From contig OU015567.1 in the NCBI GenBank assembly GCA_907165135.1, positions 9,672,001 through 9,736,000 of the forward strand: DNA of 64,000 nucleotides, given 5' to 3'. Below, in pieces: positions 1-13,605 of this stretch (positions are counted from its first letter, which is position 1; each line of letters opens with the position of its first letter). The position numbers were made by a program, and so were the translations under genes. The stretch is from Oikopleura dioica (Eukaryota; Animalia; Chordata). The notes under the pieces were generated by a model that was not told the DNA's origin, did not search any database, and saw nothing but the letters and a program-made list of their open reading frames with translations.

Positions 1-3000
1 AAATTCATAAATCATTCAAATATTTTAAAATTGTTCAGCTTTCCGTACCCTCCTAAGGAAGTATCCTTAAGTCTCCTTATTAAATCTGGGTTGATTATTT
101 TCGCTAATTTAACATGAAACTAACAACAAATAGTGCTGTGTATTCAACATGATAAGATTTTACGGGTGGCAGGTCATGAAACATGTGCTCTCCCCGATTC
201 CGGGAAAACTGGAAGTGACCCAGAATATCGCGTGCGCGCTCAATTCAAATTTCACGCTTGGGATTTACAAGGATTTACGAGTGATATTTACTCGTAACAA
301 TTTGATTCCATTTGTTGACCAGACCCGATTATTTTTAGAAGTGGTAATCTTTCTGGAGACATGGAGGAGAGCCCTAGAAATATGGATTTTTCTAATCTGT
401 GGGATGGGAAATCGAGTCTGAAAGGCCTCCACTTTGGCACCCCTTGGAGCCCCATGTCAGTGTCTATATTGACAGTCTCCTCTTTTTCGCGTTTTTAATT
501 TGGGTCTAGTTCACATCTACCACACCGCGCGGGACAATGGGATCATCCGCGCGCTCATCTCAGGTTTTACCCCGTCCTCCCGTTGGATCAGAGTCAACCC
601 AGGGCCCCTTATGGCAAAAAAGGATGGGAAACGCGAATTATTTGCAAATATCAAACAGTGTCGGAGTCCGATGTTGACTGAACGCCAACGCGCGGATATC
701 TTGAGCCACTTGGCAAATATAATGCATCTGGATTTTCATGACAGGTGATTCTTTTTACATCCCGCTTTTTTTAAATTGAATATTTAAAAGCTTATATTAA
801 ATCGTATGCACTTACCAACTATAGAATGAAGAGGTTCTTCTGAGTCGTTTTGAAGCTGCGATCAGGATTCAAGCTCTCGATTGAATTCAGAATTCTACTG
901 AAGCAGGTCAGTAGAAGTGTACGTATCGTCTTCGGAAAAAAAGCGTTCAAAAACTAGTCGATATTCTCCAGAAGTCCTGAGAGAGAAGTCTGGTGTGTCC
1001 TCAGTCTGGCTCGCTGCCAACGCGTAGCCTTGAACGCCTCTGGGCTCAGCGTGGGCTCAAGAGCGCCATCACGCGAATTTAACTAGCCACGAATTCAGCG
1101 AACTATATCTCTCTTACTCCACTTGACAAACTGAATTCTACCACACTCAGGCTGGTTGGGATGAGCTGAGATCTTGATCTTGTCTTTTCAAAAATTCAAT
1201 TTTTATACGCGGTCGAAATTCTGGATCAAAATCCGATAAAGCCGTCAGGGAATCTTCTTTATGAATATCTCAACAGCCAGTATAAGTGCTTGAAAGAATA
1301 GCAGTAAATACGGTGCAACTGATACTGACTATGATTATACATAAAATGTCCTCCATTGGAAATGGTCAATTTCACGAAAAAATGCGAAACATAGAATTCA
1401 GAAAGACACATTTATTTTCGTTCAAAAATAAAGTGCCCAAGCTACGCATTCGAGATCGTTCAACTAGACTCAAGGGCTGGCGCAGTGAAGTGTGGTACCA
1501 AAAGGCGGATGAGCTGAATACTTTTGAGCTGAAATTTTCGATTTTTTCAAGCTTCGGAAAACTCCGGGAACCATCAGATAATTTCAGGGTTAAATTAAAA
1601 TCTGAAGCTTTGGGATTTTCTTCGACTTTTAATGCAGTTTGAAATCAATGATTGTTGATTATGAGTTCATGAGTTTTTATTCTGTTGAGGAAACGAGCAG
1701 GAAAAGGTCAATCTTTGAATCTGGAATTGTCAAGGTTTGACCTTAGCAGTTGTCAGGTCGTTAGGTGATTTAGATTTTGCTCCGTGTCAGGCTGGCTCAT
1801 CCCTTTATTAGGTTTTGTGGTGATTAAAACTGATTTTTACGATTTCGCGTGAACCGCTTGTCTGACATGAGAGGCTCTTTGAACCTTTTTTTTACGAATT
1901 GGCCTCGTCATCCGAAACTCGTCTTTCTTCTTTCAACGAAGAAAGCTCCGTGCAGAGGATGTCCTTGGAAAAATTATGACTTACAAAGACATCAATCAAG
2001 ATTCATGATTTTTAGATAAAGGAAGAAGGGTTTATGCAGAAGGTGACCTTGACAATCATTCTGGCTGAAGTATTTATGACGGAATCTTGCAAGAAAAGAG
2101 AGCTTCAATCATTCAAAAACCGACCGTTTTGGGGAGCAGGGGGGTCAAACGGAGGCTGGTATATTATCCGGAGAAATTCGGTGGAAAAGTTCCGGCTCGC
2201 TGGTTCTGCGCGGATCAGCCGCGGCGCGAAGAAAAAAATCCACCTCACTCGAAAAGAAAATAGACATACGCGCATACGAGGTGCATATTATATTCGCCTT
2301 CCTGCGCGTTTTGAAAACATAATTCAACCACAAAAGGGAAGAAATAAATAAGACAAATTTAACTTCCGGGGGACGCGTTGTAGTTCAGCGCGAAAGGGTA
2401 CAGAGCTCTAAAGTGCGAAGCCGCAGCGACTTTGATCTGATCTTGGCCGGACGACCTTGGAAATCTCAGAAAAATAAATTTTAAAAATTCACACCTTGTC
2501 TCCATCTGAAATTTCTACCTTCCCAGCGCTCTAATATTCAAATTTCAATAACTAAATCATCCCTTGATTGGCTCGTTTTAAAAAATAAGATTTTCAAAAA
2601 TCGAAATTCTAATTATCTGGATGAAATTAATTGCTTGAGTTATTTCTTTTGAAAATTCAGTACGGAAGATAATATATGTAACCAGCAACATTTTTGATAA
2701 GTTATATTTTGCTGCTAATTTTTCAAGGATGATTAAAAAATGTCGAAATGTCACGTGAGAGTGTGTAATTGTCCGTGGCGGTAATCAGAGGTTCAATCAA
2801 TCGCCCAATGAAGTGGCATCTGCTCGGACAAGTTCCGTCGAACAGGTTCCGCCTCGCTGGCTCGACGCCGGATCAGCCCGTCGGAGGGGCTCAAGCCCGT
2901 AGCTCAAGGCCATCAATTTGTGTTGTCAAAAAGAAAAATATAAATAAACCAAAGTCGGTGATTTTCGATCAAAAATATCTGGATGTTTTCTTGATTTTCT

Positions 3001-3632
3001 TAGTTCATCCTTTTTTGATATTTTTGCATAGAAAGTTTGTTTATAAATGTCAGTTTTGAAAGACTCAAGACCTTGAGTATCATCATATGGGTCTGGCCTT
3101 AGTTTTTTGTCCTTCAGCTGTAGATAAGGGCACTTGAGTTGCCATTGTCCGTATGTATCCCCGCGTATAGCCGTTTTTTATTCGGACAAAAGCTGCAGAG
3201 CCGAAATTCAACTGACCGTTGTTCAGTTTTCTTCTTGAAGACTAAACCTGTTGGATGCGTACTTAGTATTTTTCTTGCGCGTTGTGGCAATATTCAGCTT
3301 ATGGGTATTTTGCATTTTGTGTCAAAGGTTGCGCCGGGCGAAATCCGGCGTGACGGGTCACTTGAAAAAATTTCGGAACGCTCCAAAATTTCGCGGAATT
3401 CTGCGCGCCAAATGCACCCAATCGGAAAATTAGATCAAGCAACACCAGAAACCCGGTGCTGTTCAAATAAATACTCCACCGCCAACCAGGCGGAAAAGAG
3501 TTTCTCAGAAGCCGGCTCTTTTCTGGGAATTCGATATGAAGATTATGGCGGCACAGGAATAAGATAACGAAACATCCTTTATATACCGGTTTCTGGAAAT
3601 AGGATACCGGGAATTTCGATAGCGGTTTTGAG

Positions 3633-3901
3633 GGGTGGCGGGCGGCCTCGTTCGCAAAGGCTATTTGCGTAAATTGCGAACGCCGTTCGCAAAATCGAAA
3701 AGATCTCGGTCGAAAATCGAGTTCTTTTATTTTCAAAATGTGTCCCTGCGGTAGAGAAAGACTGCCCCTGCCAACCCAATGAGTTCTCTACCAAAAAATG
3801 CGCGAAGCGCATCTTCACGACACAAATATATTTCATTGCGAACAGCGTTCGCAAAATTACGAACGGCGTTCGCAAATTGCGAACGAGGCCGCCCTACACC
3901 C
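3633..3901. mobile_element. MITE (269 bp), hAT-like by TSD length
   Basis: 25-nt TIRs GGGTGGCGGGCGGCCTCGTTCGCAA (3633-3657) and its reverse complement at 3877-3901 match at 23/25. 8-bp direct repeat GTTTTGAG at 3625-3632 and 3902-3909. Internal palindromic GCGAAC-N3-GTTCGC subterminal motifs. No coding capacity. Confidence 0.85.
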
Positions 3902-5682
3902 GTTTTGAGCGTTGGTTTATCGTTAGAACTCGGTAGAAAAAATCTCAGAAAATGGACCAATTTTGAAATTTTGAAGGTGATTCGCTTAGCAATGAAGACT
4001 ATAGTTGCCATAATTTTTGTAAAATGATTTCTTGTTGTCAGTAAGATATCTAACTGAGCATCTCCTAGAAGGACTTCTACTAACAGGTCCTTCAGTTAAA
4101 AGCGGCTAGAATCATCAATGCGTAAAATGATTTCTGAGAAGCAGAAGAAGCGGATTTGCGGGTATCGCTGTTTTGTAAAATTTGCAAAAAGGGTTGACGC
4201 AAGAAATCTAGATAATCCGCGAAATGCGCGCCGAACGCGGATTAGCGCCAATTCAAGAAGCTAAAACAGATGGGGGAAGCGGAGCAAGCTAAAATTATCT
4301 TGAAAGAATTTCCAGGCGAAAAACTTAGCAGCCTGGAAATAATTAAAATCAATGGCGGGCTTTGGAATCTATTTCATTTCAAGGGAATTACTTTCTTCCT
4401 CAAAGAGTGTTTTTCAAGCGACAGACTTGAGTATCGTTTATAAAATCTGCATCCTTTCAAGAAGAGCATCATTGAGTTGAACTCGAGCGAACTGGGAATA
4501 TAAACTCCTTTGAGAAAAAAAGTACTCAACCCTTGTGCGCGGGCATTGTGTCGGAGCTGCTCGTCCGTGGAAAAAAGGGATGAACACAAAGAAAACATCG
4601 ATTGTGTTTTATCTTTTTCTCCTTTGTCTGAGAGTCAGCCGCAGAAGCCACCGGAAACTTCTTCTTTGTCCGAAACGGACAATTCCGGATTCGGTTCTTT
4701 TCCGAAAAACTGGAGCTTGCAGGAAGTGGATAATCCTTTTTGTATGAATATGGAAAAATGAACTCACGTGAATAAAATCTAACCCGACGGAGCTCAGGAG
4801 CTCATCCGACCCATACACCACATGCTACAGAAATAGACGAACTTTACGAACTCGCCCCGGGCAGCGTAGATCAAAGGCAGAAAATGGATTTGCCCGCAGG
4901 CACGTGTTGGCAGAAATCCAATACCTGCACTTGGAATTTGGGAAAAATCGATCCTGCTCGAGCTCAGAGTCAACTTGAACTCGGATTTAGCCATTTGAAT
5001 AGAGTTAGATTCAATTCGATTGAAAACTAAAATGATGAATAATTCTTTTCTTGTTTTATAAATAAAAACTGAAATTTCTCAAGCCCGGATTTTTAGCGAC
5101 AGTTTTGACCTTTGCATTTATCGAGTGACCTTCGGCCGACTCTGCTGACCGATAAAAGCTCTCAAAAAGCCCCTTCGTTTTCATGATGCTGCCGGAAACT
5201 CGGCAAAAGAGCAGCTGTAATTGTCCGCAAATAGAGAGTGAGAGGTGCTCCCTGTCAGCGCGCTCTCATCCTCTTCGTTTTTCAGTTGCTCAAGGCAAAC
5301 AGTCGGAAATTCGTCAAATTTGCAACCGCGAAAAATTGCATTTCAAATATTTAACACATGCTCATATTTGCCTATCATGCGACATTTCTCATCCTTTACT
5401 GACTTTTTCGCATATTGAGATGGGTTGGTCGTCGTTGTTTTCAGTCAAGAACTAAAGCAGCTAAAATCAAAGCGATTCTGCAGGATATGTTTGTTTTAGT
5501 TATGAAGCGGGGATCGGCTCAAAACTTGTTTTTGTATCAAGGCCAGGTGCCCCTGTGAAGCTTTTATTTTGATTTTACTTTGACAAATTGTCGATTTTCC
5601 ATTTTTTTATGAAAAATGACCGGTGAAAGAGTTGTATTTATTTCTGCATTTGAGGGAAGAGAAGATATTCTTTTCGTTAAAA

Positions 5683-6544
5683 ATGACAAAAAGAATATTC
5701 ATACGACTACCATCTTTAGGCAACCAACCTGTGCCTGTAACAGGTAAAGAAATATGATGATATAGCTCAATTTAGTCGATAAGAAAGCTAAAAGGTTTCT
5801 AGGCACACAGAAAAAATCATTGAGAGAAAATATCCCGGTAGCGACCAGTCGAATTGCTATTATACTTGTGAGATTTGCTTCCATGGTCAAATTGATGCAA
5901 CTGCAGTGAAAAAAGAAAATACGACAATGTTCAAATGTCCTGCAGGAGTCTGTGATGGTTCTCAGAACTTCAAATCTTTTATCGAAGGAATTTGCTGCGA
6001 ATCTGCTCAAAGAAAAGTGGAGTATGGTAAGGAATATTAATATAAAATCATATTTTTAAAGTCATTTTTAATTGAATAACCAATTTAAAAAAAAATAAAT
6101 TTTTCAGATCGACGGGTTGACATTGGAACCTTCCAGCGCGACTTTGAAAAAGCCGTGGATACAGAGAATAATATCATACAAGACATAAAGGATGCAAAAG
6201 AAGCCAAAAAGAGAACGAAAGAAGAAGCCGATAGAGCCATTGAAGCGGACAAAGCTGCTGAGGAACGAATAAGATCTTTAGAAGAATCCCTTCCAAAAAT
6301 TCAGCAAGAGGTTGATGCAAAGCGAAAAAAATTGGATGGGGTCATTGCTTCTACCTTCAGGGTCATCAATACATGTGAGTCAAGATTTTTATGAACACGA
6401 CAGCAAAATAATTAAGTTATTATGAGTCGTTTTAAAAGCATAATTCGATAATATTTTTATAAAGGTAAGACTGAACAGCTGAAGATCGAAATGAAAAAGA
6501 AGGAACTCTTCAGATTCGAGAAAAATCGGAATTACCCCCATTAA
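5683..6544 (+). CDS. Cys-rich (degenerate RING-like) plus coiled-coil protein, multi-exon
   Basis: Exon about 5803-6021 reads YTCEICFHGQ...FKCPAGVCDGS...EGICC. The exon containing ORF 6155-6394 is a K/E/A-rich coiled coil. GT-AG introns separate the segments. Boundaries approximate. Confidence 0.4.
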
Positions 6545-6708
6545 AATTATCCCCATTGAAATTACCATTAAAATTTACCTAATAATTTAGATAATTGTTA
6601 TAAAATGTCACATTCTGTATAAATCACTTCTAGAACTCTTAGTTTTCAAAAATGCTTTACAACTTCTCTTTCTTTCTTTCTGTCACTTGTCAAAAAAAAA
6701 CATTGAAA

Positions 6709-7607
6709 ATGGGCACCTTCTCTTGGAAGTTGAGCGACATTCCACTCGGAACAGAAGACGACAGCGTATACATTAGCTCTACTACGATCAAAAATGAAAA
6801 TAAATTTGCCTGGTATCGATTCATTCAGGTAAGAACTGGAAAATTATTATTCTGCAAAAAATTTCATAGAGCGGCTATTTTTTGGGCTGGTTCATGATGA
6901 TTTTAATCACGACAAACCATGTTAACCACTGGGTTTATCTGACCAACTGGGGTGAAGCTCTACTCACAACTTATTTTCTACTCGCAGCAATCACCAATGC
7001 TTGCTTAAAATCAGGAGGTAAGAGCTTGTCAGATGGGTAATCAACTAGCGAGCTTTTAGTTGGCGAAGAAAAAACAAACGTCCTCAAGAAAATCACCTCG
7101 CTCTTTCAACACTGCTCTTTCTCCGTCAGCGTCACTCTTACAGTTGCCTACTGGGTTTTGCTAAGAACTGAGTTGGAGAAACCACGCAACTGGCATACGC
7201 ATGGCATCAATATGCTCTTGGTTTTTGTCGACGTCATCGTTACTGAGGTTCCAGGTAAGAATTTAAGTGAGAACAGCTGGTAAAACCGTGTTTTTAGTGA
7301 AGATGGCTCATTTAATGTACACTTTTGCTGTCTGCTGGGCTTATTTTTCCATGACTCTCATCGTCTACTACAACAGCACAAACCCGAAGCACTTGGAAAT
7401 CTACGCTGACACATTAGGAACGGATCATTTCTACAACCTTCTGGGTAGCATAAGTTTGAATCTATCAAGATCCATGCCTAAGATTGGGGAAATCTTCCCG
7501 TAAAATCATGCATTCTTGGTTTTGGTCTCATTCTCCTTGTCATCCCGCTGTTTCACACTCTTCTCGTCGCACTGACCAAACTTCGAAAGAAAAACAACAA
7601 GGAGTAA
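6709..7607 (+). CDS. Protein rolling stone-like multi-pass membrane protein
   Basis: Spliced translation has hydrophobic segments with WVYLTNWGEALLTTYF, WHTHGINMLLVFVD and FYNLL-D-WGN, motifs typical of the rost family. Short GT-AG introns. Confidence 0.7.
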
Positions 7608-7787
7608 CTCTCGCTATTATTTTTTTTCTTCTGCTTTAATAGACATGTATACAGTATACTCGCCCGATATGATTTTTACATTGACATTTATTTGTAACGA
7701 GGGATGCATTGCAGTTTATTCATTAATTTGGTCAGAGGAGTATTTTATATATTTGAACAGAATAAATTTTAAGCTGTTTGTCCAGAT

Positions 7788-10620
7788 TTAACTCGAAGAT
7801 GAGCTCATTCTGATTTCGCGAAGTTCAGCTTCACGCTCCTAGAAATAGTTGAGAGCAATTCAATTCTAAGAGGAGGTCGTTCGGAGATTCTTGATTGCTC
7901 AAAAGGCGAGCACTCAAGAGGAAGTTCGGTAATTCTGAGATTTCGAATTGAATAAAGGAGAATTTGGTGTTTGATTTAGATTTATGTGGAAGGTTTGATA
8001 CGTACTCTGCATTTCATTTTCTGCAGCAGGAGATGAAGCTAAAGCGTTTCTTTTGCTTAGGAGGAGGCTGCTAGAGGAAGAAATTGTAGAAGGAAGAAGA
8101 AAGTTATAAGAAAAACAACAGCAATCGTGTTATTTTTCAAACTGAACTCAAATGGAACACATGGGTTGAGTGTTTTAAGTAAGAAATGGAGGATGAAGAA
8201 TAGAAAAAAGCAAAAGCGGAAAATAGGAAAGAGCTTGTTAGTCTGGTGACTCGTGAACTGCAATTTTATTCCGTTACCTTGAAGCTTTCAATCTCAGTAT
8301 CGATTATAGTCTGAGCGGTTTGGCGTGCGGAGCTGATGCTGTGACAAATCAGTATTAACTTTTTTATGTTAGAATTTTTCTTGGGCAAACCTGAAGCGCG
8401 GTCTAGGAGCGCGAGCGTAAGGAATCGGGGCTTTTTCGCTTTCTCTGCGAAGTGGAAGGGATGAAATGTCAGTTGTGCCGACTTCTTTGACCGGGCTCGG
8501 GAGAGAGTCGAGATTGGAGTATTGTGAACTGTTGAAAACGTCGTCGGTCTGATCGGTACTTGATCTTCTTGAGCTCGTCGAGCTAGTAATACTGTATTAC
8601 TAATACAGTCATTTGCGGCGCCGATTGATCTTTAAGGTTTTATTGCTCCCGGAATTTAATACTCCAAGGTGCTAAACAAGAAAAAACTTATTGTATAGGA
8701 AATATCACCTGTATGACGATTTCCATCCGCGTGGGGCGATCGACTTGAGCCACTTGGTAGTATTTGTCTCTCGGTTGTTATTCTGTTCTTCATCCACTTT
8801 GTTCTCGTCGCCGTCTGCTGATTGATGATCCGGATGATCTGGGTGATCCGAAGATGCAGAGGGCAGCGGTGAAGAGACCGAGTCCCGTGGTGGGTTGAAC
8901 TCAATAGAAGTCGTCATCGAGTTTTGACTTTCATCTTTATGGTCGATTCCACTGTCTATGCAAATCATCTAAGAATTGCTTTTGTAAGAATCTTACCTGA
9001 AATAGAACCAGCATTTGATGTAAGTTCAGCTGCAGATTTATCGACAAGATTGGCGAGCTCCTCAAACTTATCGATATCGTCCTGAACCTCCGCAGGTACT
9101 TCTGGGAGCTCAACTTCCTCTTCCTCTTCATTGTCATCTTGTGTGGTATTACTCTCTGGAATGTCTTGCGAAGTGTCTAACTGGGCATTTTCGTCTTGAT
9201 CGATTTTTGAGTTCTGTTCGGCTGTTTTCTCCACTTTGTCTTCAATTTCTGGCTCGTCGGGACTTATTATTGGTAACGCTTTTGATTCTATTTCCTTCTC
9301 TGCTTCTGTGTCTTCTTCTGGCTCAGCTTGACCCTCCTCTGCTCCCTCTACATCGTTTGACTCAACATCCTCCGGTTCTGGTTCCACTTGCTCTGAGATC
9401 GGCTCCGCTTCTGGTTCGATCGCAGGCTTTGGTTCTTCCATTTCCGGTTCGATGTGATCACTTTCGTCAAGCGTGGTATTTGGTGATGGCTCAGCATCCA
9501 GGATCAACTGATAATCAGGATCTTCTACAACTTCTCTAGCTGGTTCTTCCTGATGTCCGTTTATCTGTTCAGAGTTTGAGCTAGAATTTGCCCGTGACAT
9601 CGTCTCCCGCTCAATTCTAGCAAGTTCTTCTTCGATTCGATTGAGCTGCTCTAGCTTTCTCGTCGCGTCTTCAAGATCACTCTTGCTTTCTCGCTCGGGA
9701 GCTTTTCTGAATACAGGCTTACCGCGAGTTTTTACAGGTTGAACTTACGGAGCGTTGAGAAGTCCCTTTTCTTTTCTGTAAAGAGCCTCTTTCTCAGCAG
9801 CCTGGCGGATCTCGTCGTTGATTCTGTCCTCTATTCTATTCGGGCGCTTATAAGACGGCTCTCTGTGGGGTATTTGGCTAACCTTCCATTGACTGAATAC
9901 GGTTAGACAAGTAGGCATTATATATTTTTACCTCATTATGTTTTTGATGTTTGGTGTGCTCGTGTCAATGTCGGGGTTTGAATTTTGAGAGGTTCCGTTT
10001 TCTGTTCCGTTCTCTGTGTTTCTCTGGAATGAATTTGAGACTCCCGACCAGTCCTAAAGCTTGATAAACAGCCATCTTTCTATCAGAATTTTTACCTTGA
10101 TTCGACTGCGGCGCCTCTCCTGATATTTCTTGTGCGAATCGAGCTCTTTCCCTGACAGCTTATCCTCTGTAGATCTAAAAGGGATTACACTTCTTTGAAA
10201 AAAATACTGCTGCGCCCTCGAGGAAGAGCCGATTTTTGTGGTGTGTGCCCAGGGTGAGACAGAGAGGGAATCCAAAATTTTTTTTCCTTCGCGAATATCA
10301 AAGAAGTGTGAAGCGAATAGTCCTCCGAGGTAATTAATTTTATTATGGCTCCTTGATCAGGCTGACAAGTTTTTGATGAACCCCTTTTTGGGAAAGAAAG
10401 ACACCGTCAATGGCAGGACGGAGATTGGAATTTTAAATACTTGACTTACGGTTCAGGCTTTGGCGCTTCCCATCGTTTTAAAACACTTTTGCTTTGCGAT
10501 CCTCGGGCCATCGTTTTGATGATTTCTTTTCTCTGCTTTGCTGCTTTTTGAGACTCGCTCTTGACTGAAAATTTTACTTGAAAAAAGTCGATACTCGGCG
10601 GCTTTCGATATTTTGCGGCC
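7788..10620 (-). CDS. Acidic low-complexity protein with AKAP2/MISP-like motifs and two candidate last exons
   Basis: Acidic ORFs 8965-9600 and 8705-8968. Spliced motifs RIEDRINDEIRQAAEKEALYRKEKG, IIDTEIESFK-EREAELREIR and KSVLKRWE resemble the EEEIR..EREEEL and RWE motifs of PALM2-AKAP2/MISP. The 5' end is uncertain and the family call is tentative. Confidence 0.4.
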
Positions 10621-13605
10621 CTAATGCCCTTACGGTGGAGAAAAAAAAAATGGATCGAGCCCGTATTTTTAGTTAAATTATTGATGAATTGCGCACAGAG
10701 AGAGAAACAACAACAAATTTCACCCTCGAGAGTCCTCTAGTGGCCACATGGCTTATTGAGTTATTCAAGTGAAAATTACGGTAGCTTGAGAAAGTCTTTG
10801 AATTTTTTTTCTTAAATTGAAAACTTAATTATCCTTAGCTTTGAAACTTACCGAGCGCATCTGGCGAGTACCATTTCAAAGTTGAAAGATTGGCAACCTT
10901 GGCGTCCTGAAAGAAGAGTAAGAAAGTAAAACTACACCGGCAGTATAAATCTTTGATAACATTTGATTTTTTATTGCTGTCTAATCTGACACATTTTCAT
11001 ATCTGCTGAATTTGTATAATAAAGTTGAGACTAATCGCCAAAAGCTATTAAATTGGAAATCAAAACTCTCATGTAAAAAATCATTATGTTCCTCATTGTT
11101 ATCAAATCGGAGAGATCAAACAAGTTTCCAACGGGTTGGGAATAATGGAAGCTAATTGAGGCTGTGAAGCGGGAAAAATGCTTCCGCCCCGCTCTCATCC
11201 CTCCCTAACCTCTTTTGCCTCCGGTGAGAAAAATCTGCCTCTTACCATAACTTTCTCTTCTGAGGTCGTTTCTTGCTCTCTTTGAATTCGCTTCTGCGCT
11301 CTGTCGGTAAGATCTGTTGAAACTGAAAAACGGAAAAAGTGTTATTCAAGCGCGGACAAAAGGTTTTGGAGATTTTGAGGAAAAAATCTTTGGGAAATGG
11401 GAGAAACAATTGGAGAAAGAAAATTGCCACTTGGCAGGGCCGTCACACAATCTTACGTTGCCTAATGACCCGACCAGTATAAGAAAAAGTCAAGACCTCA
11501 AGGTCACCTTAGAGTTATTTTTGGAGATTCAAGAGTTCTGTTAAATTTCTAAAATTAAAGATGAATTACGTTTATGATTGTTTCTCGGAGAAATATTTGG
11601 TGGAGATCGATTCATTTTGGTTTCAGTATTTTTTGAACCGGAATCATCTTCATCCTCAGTTGAGTAAATTTTTGAGCGCATAATTTTCTCTTTTGTACTT
11701 TTTCTAGCAATTTGGGCTCGAAAAAATGGGTTGTTTCAAGAGTTTTATGATATTAAACAATCAATGAAGTCTCTTAGATTTATGTGTTAGGTAAAAACTT
11801 TACGATTATCGATAGTTCTTTTATATTAAAAAATGAATTGATCTAATTTCTTTTCAGGAAATGTTCACTTCCTCTTTTCTCTAAATACCACAGATAAGCT
11901 TCTAAAGGCGTAACAAAAGGACCTTCTTTTTATACCTCAATTTCTGTTTCTTTCTGGTTTCTCCTCTCTCTCTGTTTTCTCAAGAGCTCGATAAAAAACC
12001 GCTAGGTTTGGATTTCGGTGGGAATGCAGCTACAAGCTTGATGAGGGTGAGTTATTAGATGAGAAACTGCGAAAAAGAGATGAAATCAACTGGCACGCAG
12101 GGAAATGCCATTTCGTCTCTTGCGGATTTTACTCTTATCCGCGTCAACTGATTAAATTCTCGACTACATTGTTCAAAAAAGGAGTTAGCACCTGTGGATT
12201 TACGAGTACACAAAAATTTACCTGGTAATGATCTCTGGGTTTGAAAAATTTTATAGAAACTGTTGAATTCTAGTTCAGAGCGTGAAATTAAAATATCGAT
12301 GTCCCACGATTTTCCGACGCGTCATGGAAATCAAGTGTCCTTTACGTGACTCTCGTAAACGATCGTATTAGCTCTCAAACCTACTTTTGCCTTCAAGAGT
12401 GGTTTATAGTTCAATAAATTTAAAAGAAGGACTTCAGAGGACGATTCTCAAAATCTCCAAAACAATTTTATTTCTTTCTTTTTCGTCAAAAAAGTCGAAG
12501 GTGAAAAATTTTTTTTCAAAAAAAGTCGGACTTACTTAACGAGTTCATATCTTCTTCGTCTTCTTCTTCGTTCTCTCCAAATTCAGCCTTTAATCTCTCT
12601 TCAATAAGTCGCTGTAGCTTGAATTCCTCCCCCTCGAGCTGAAAAAAGACTCGTCTTTACTTTCTCTCTCAGTCTGATTATCGACCGGTAATAGGAAAAA
12701 TTTGAGCAAATTTCTCGTCCGCCTTTATCTGCTGCGCACGTGTTGACCTTGAAGCCAATATGCTGCCCTGAAGGGTCCTTTCTTCTGAAACCCAAAACGA
12801 ACACCTGGTAAGGGCACAAAGCAACAAAATGTAATTCTGTTGATTAATCGCTTATTCTAGTTTTGGTTTAGTTGGATACGCATAATAATAATAATCAGAG
12901 GGATACTTGGCCTCCGGGCGGGCGTGTTATCTGCATTTGGATGATGCTCAGATAAGCTTGGGCCTATTAGGGACATGAGAACGTTGATGAAATTCCGACG
13001 AAATTTAATTCGAGTTATTATGCTCCGAGTGCCGGCAGGTTAATTGAAGATATCGCCTCGCATCTTTATGAAATTTGCTTTTCAAGTTGAAACAACGTCG
13101 ATTAAAATTCATTAAGATACCTGATCGATCGATTTCCATGTGCCAAAGAACACTTCCTCTTTCGCTTGATGAATTAAACTCTCCTCTGAATAGTGCGCTT
13201 GCATGATCAGATTTGTAACTTGTACCAGCTTTTGTCTGATCCATATTATGCGGATAGAGCGTCCATTGACCTTGGGCTTAGCGCCATGACCTCACTCTGG
13301 CTCGAGTCCCGAAAATTTTAGGGGATGGTTTTGAGTGGCTTTTTAGTGTTTATGACAGGAAATAACTAGACATGAAATTGAGGAAAAAGGGAGAACTTGA
13401 CTTTGAAGGGATGAGCCATTCAAAACACAAGCTCTTTGACATGACAAAATAGTTTCTAGAGCAGTTAGAAAAGTGGATGCAAATTTTGCTTAAAATTGAT
13501 AATTTTTCTCTAGACGAATTCTTGTTGTTCTTCCCAGCTAGCAGTATATAAGCGCTTGTTTTCGTCATTTTAGTTCACAATTCATTTTTTGTCAAAAAGA
13601 AGAAA

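Noticed and set aside
1147-1356. Minus-strand frame MEDILCIII...TYTGC-TGA-DIHKEDSL... as a possible selenoprotein (Cys-Sec)
   Set aside because: No resemblance to a selenoprotein family I know and no SECIS recognised. Neighbouring frames (about 810-1140) also contain scattered stops, which points to decayed sequence.
2370-2460. tRNA-like start (TGTAGTTCAG, A-box-like)
   Set aside because: No B-box, T-loop or cloverleaf could be built. I recognised no tRNA, rRNA, snRNA or SL RNA gene anywhere in the window.
1-5400. Short ORFs and exon-like fragments on both strands
   Set aside because: No consistent spliced product or recognisable domain. Possibly degenerate genes or element relics, so left unannotated apart from the MITE.
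10700-13400. Probable minus-strand exons (for example LEGEEFKLQRLIEERLKAEFGENEEEDEED, and ADEKFAQ resembling a ubiquitin-binding motif)
   Set aside because: Could not assemble a coherent gene or assign a family, so support is too weak to list as a feature.
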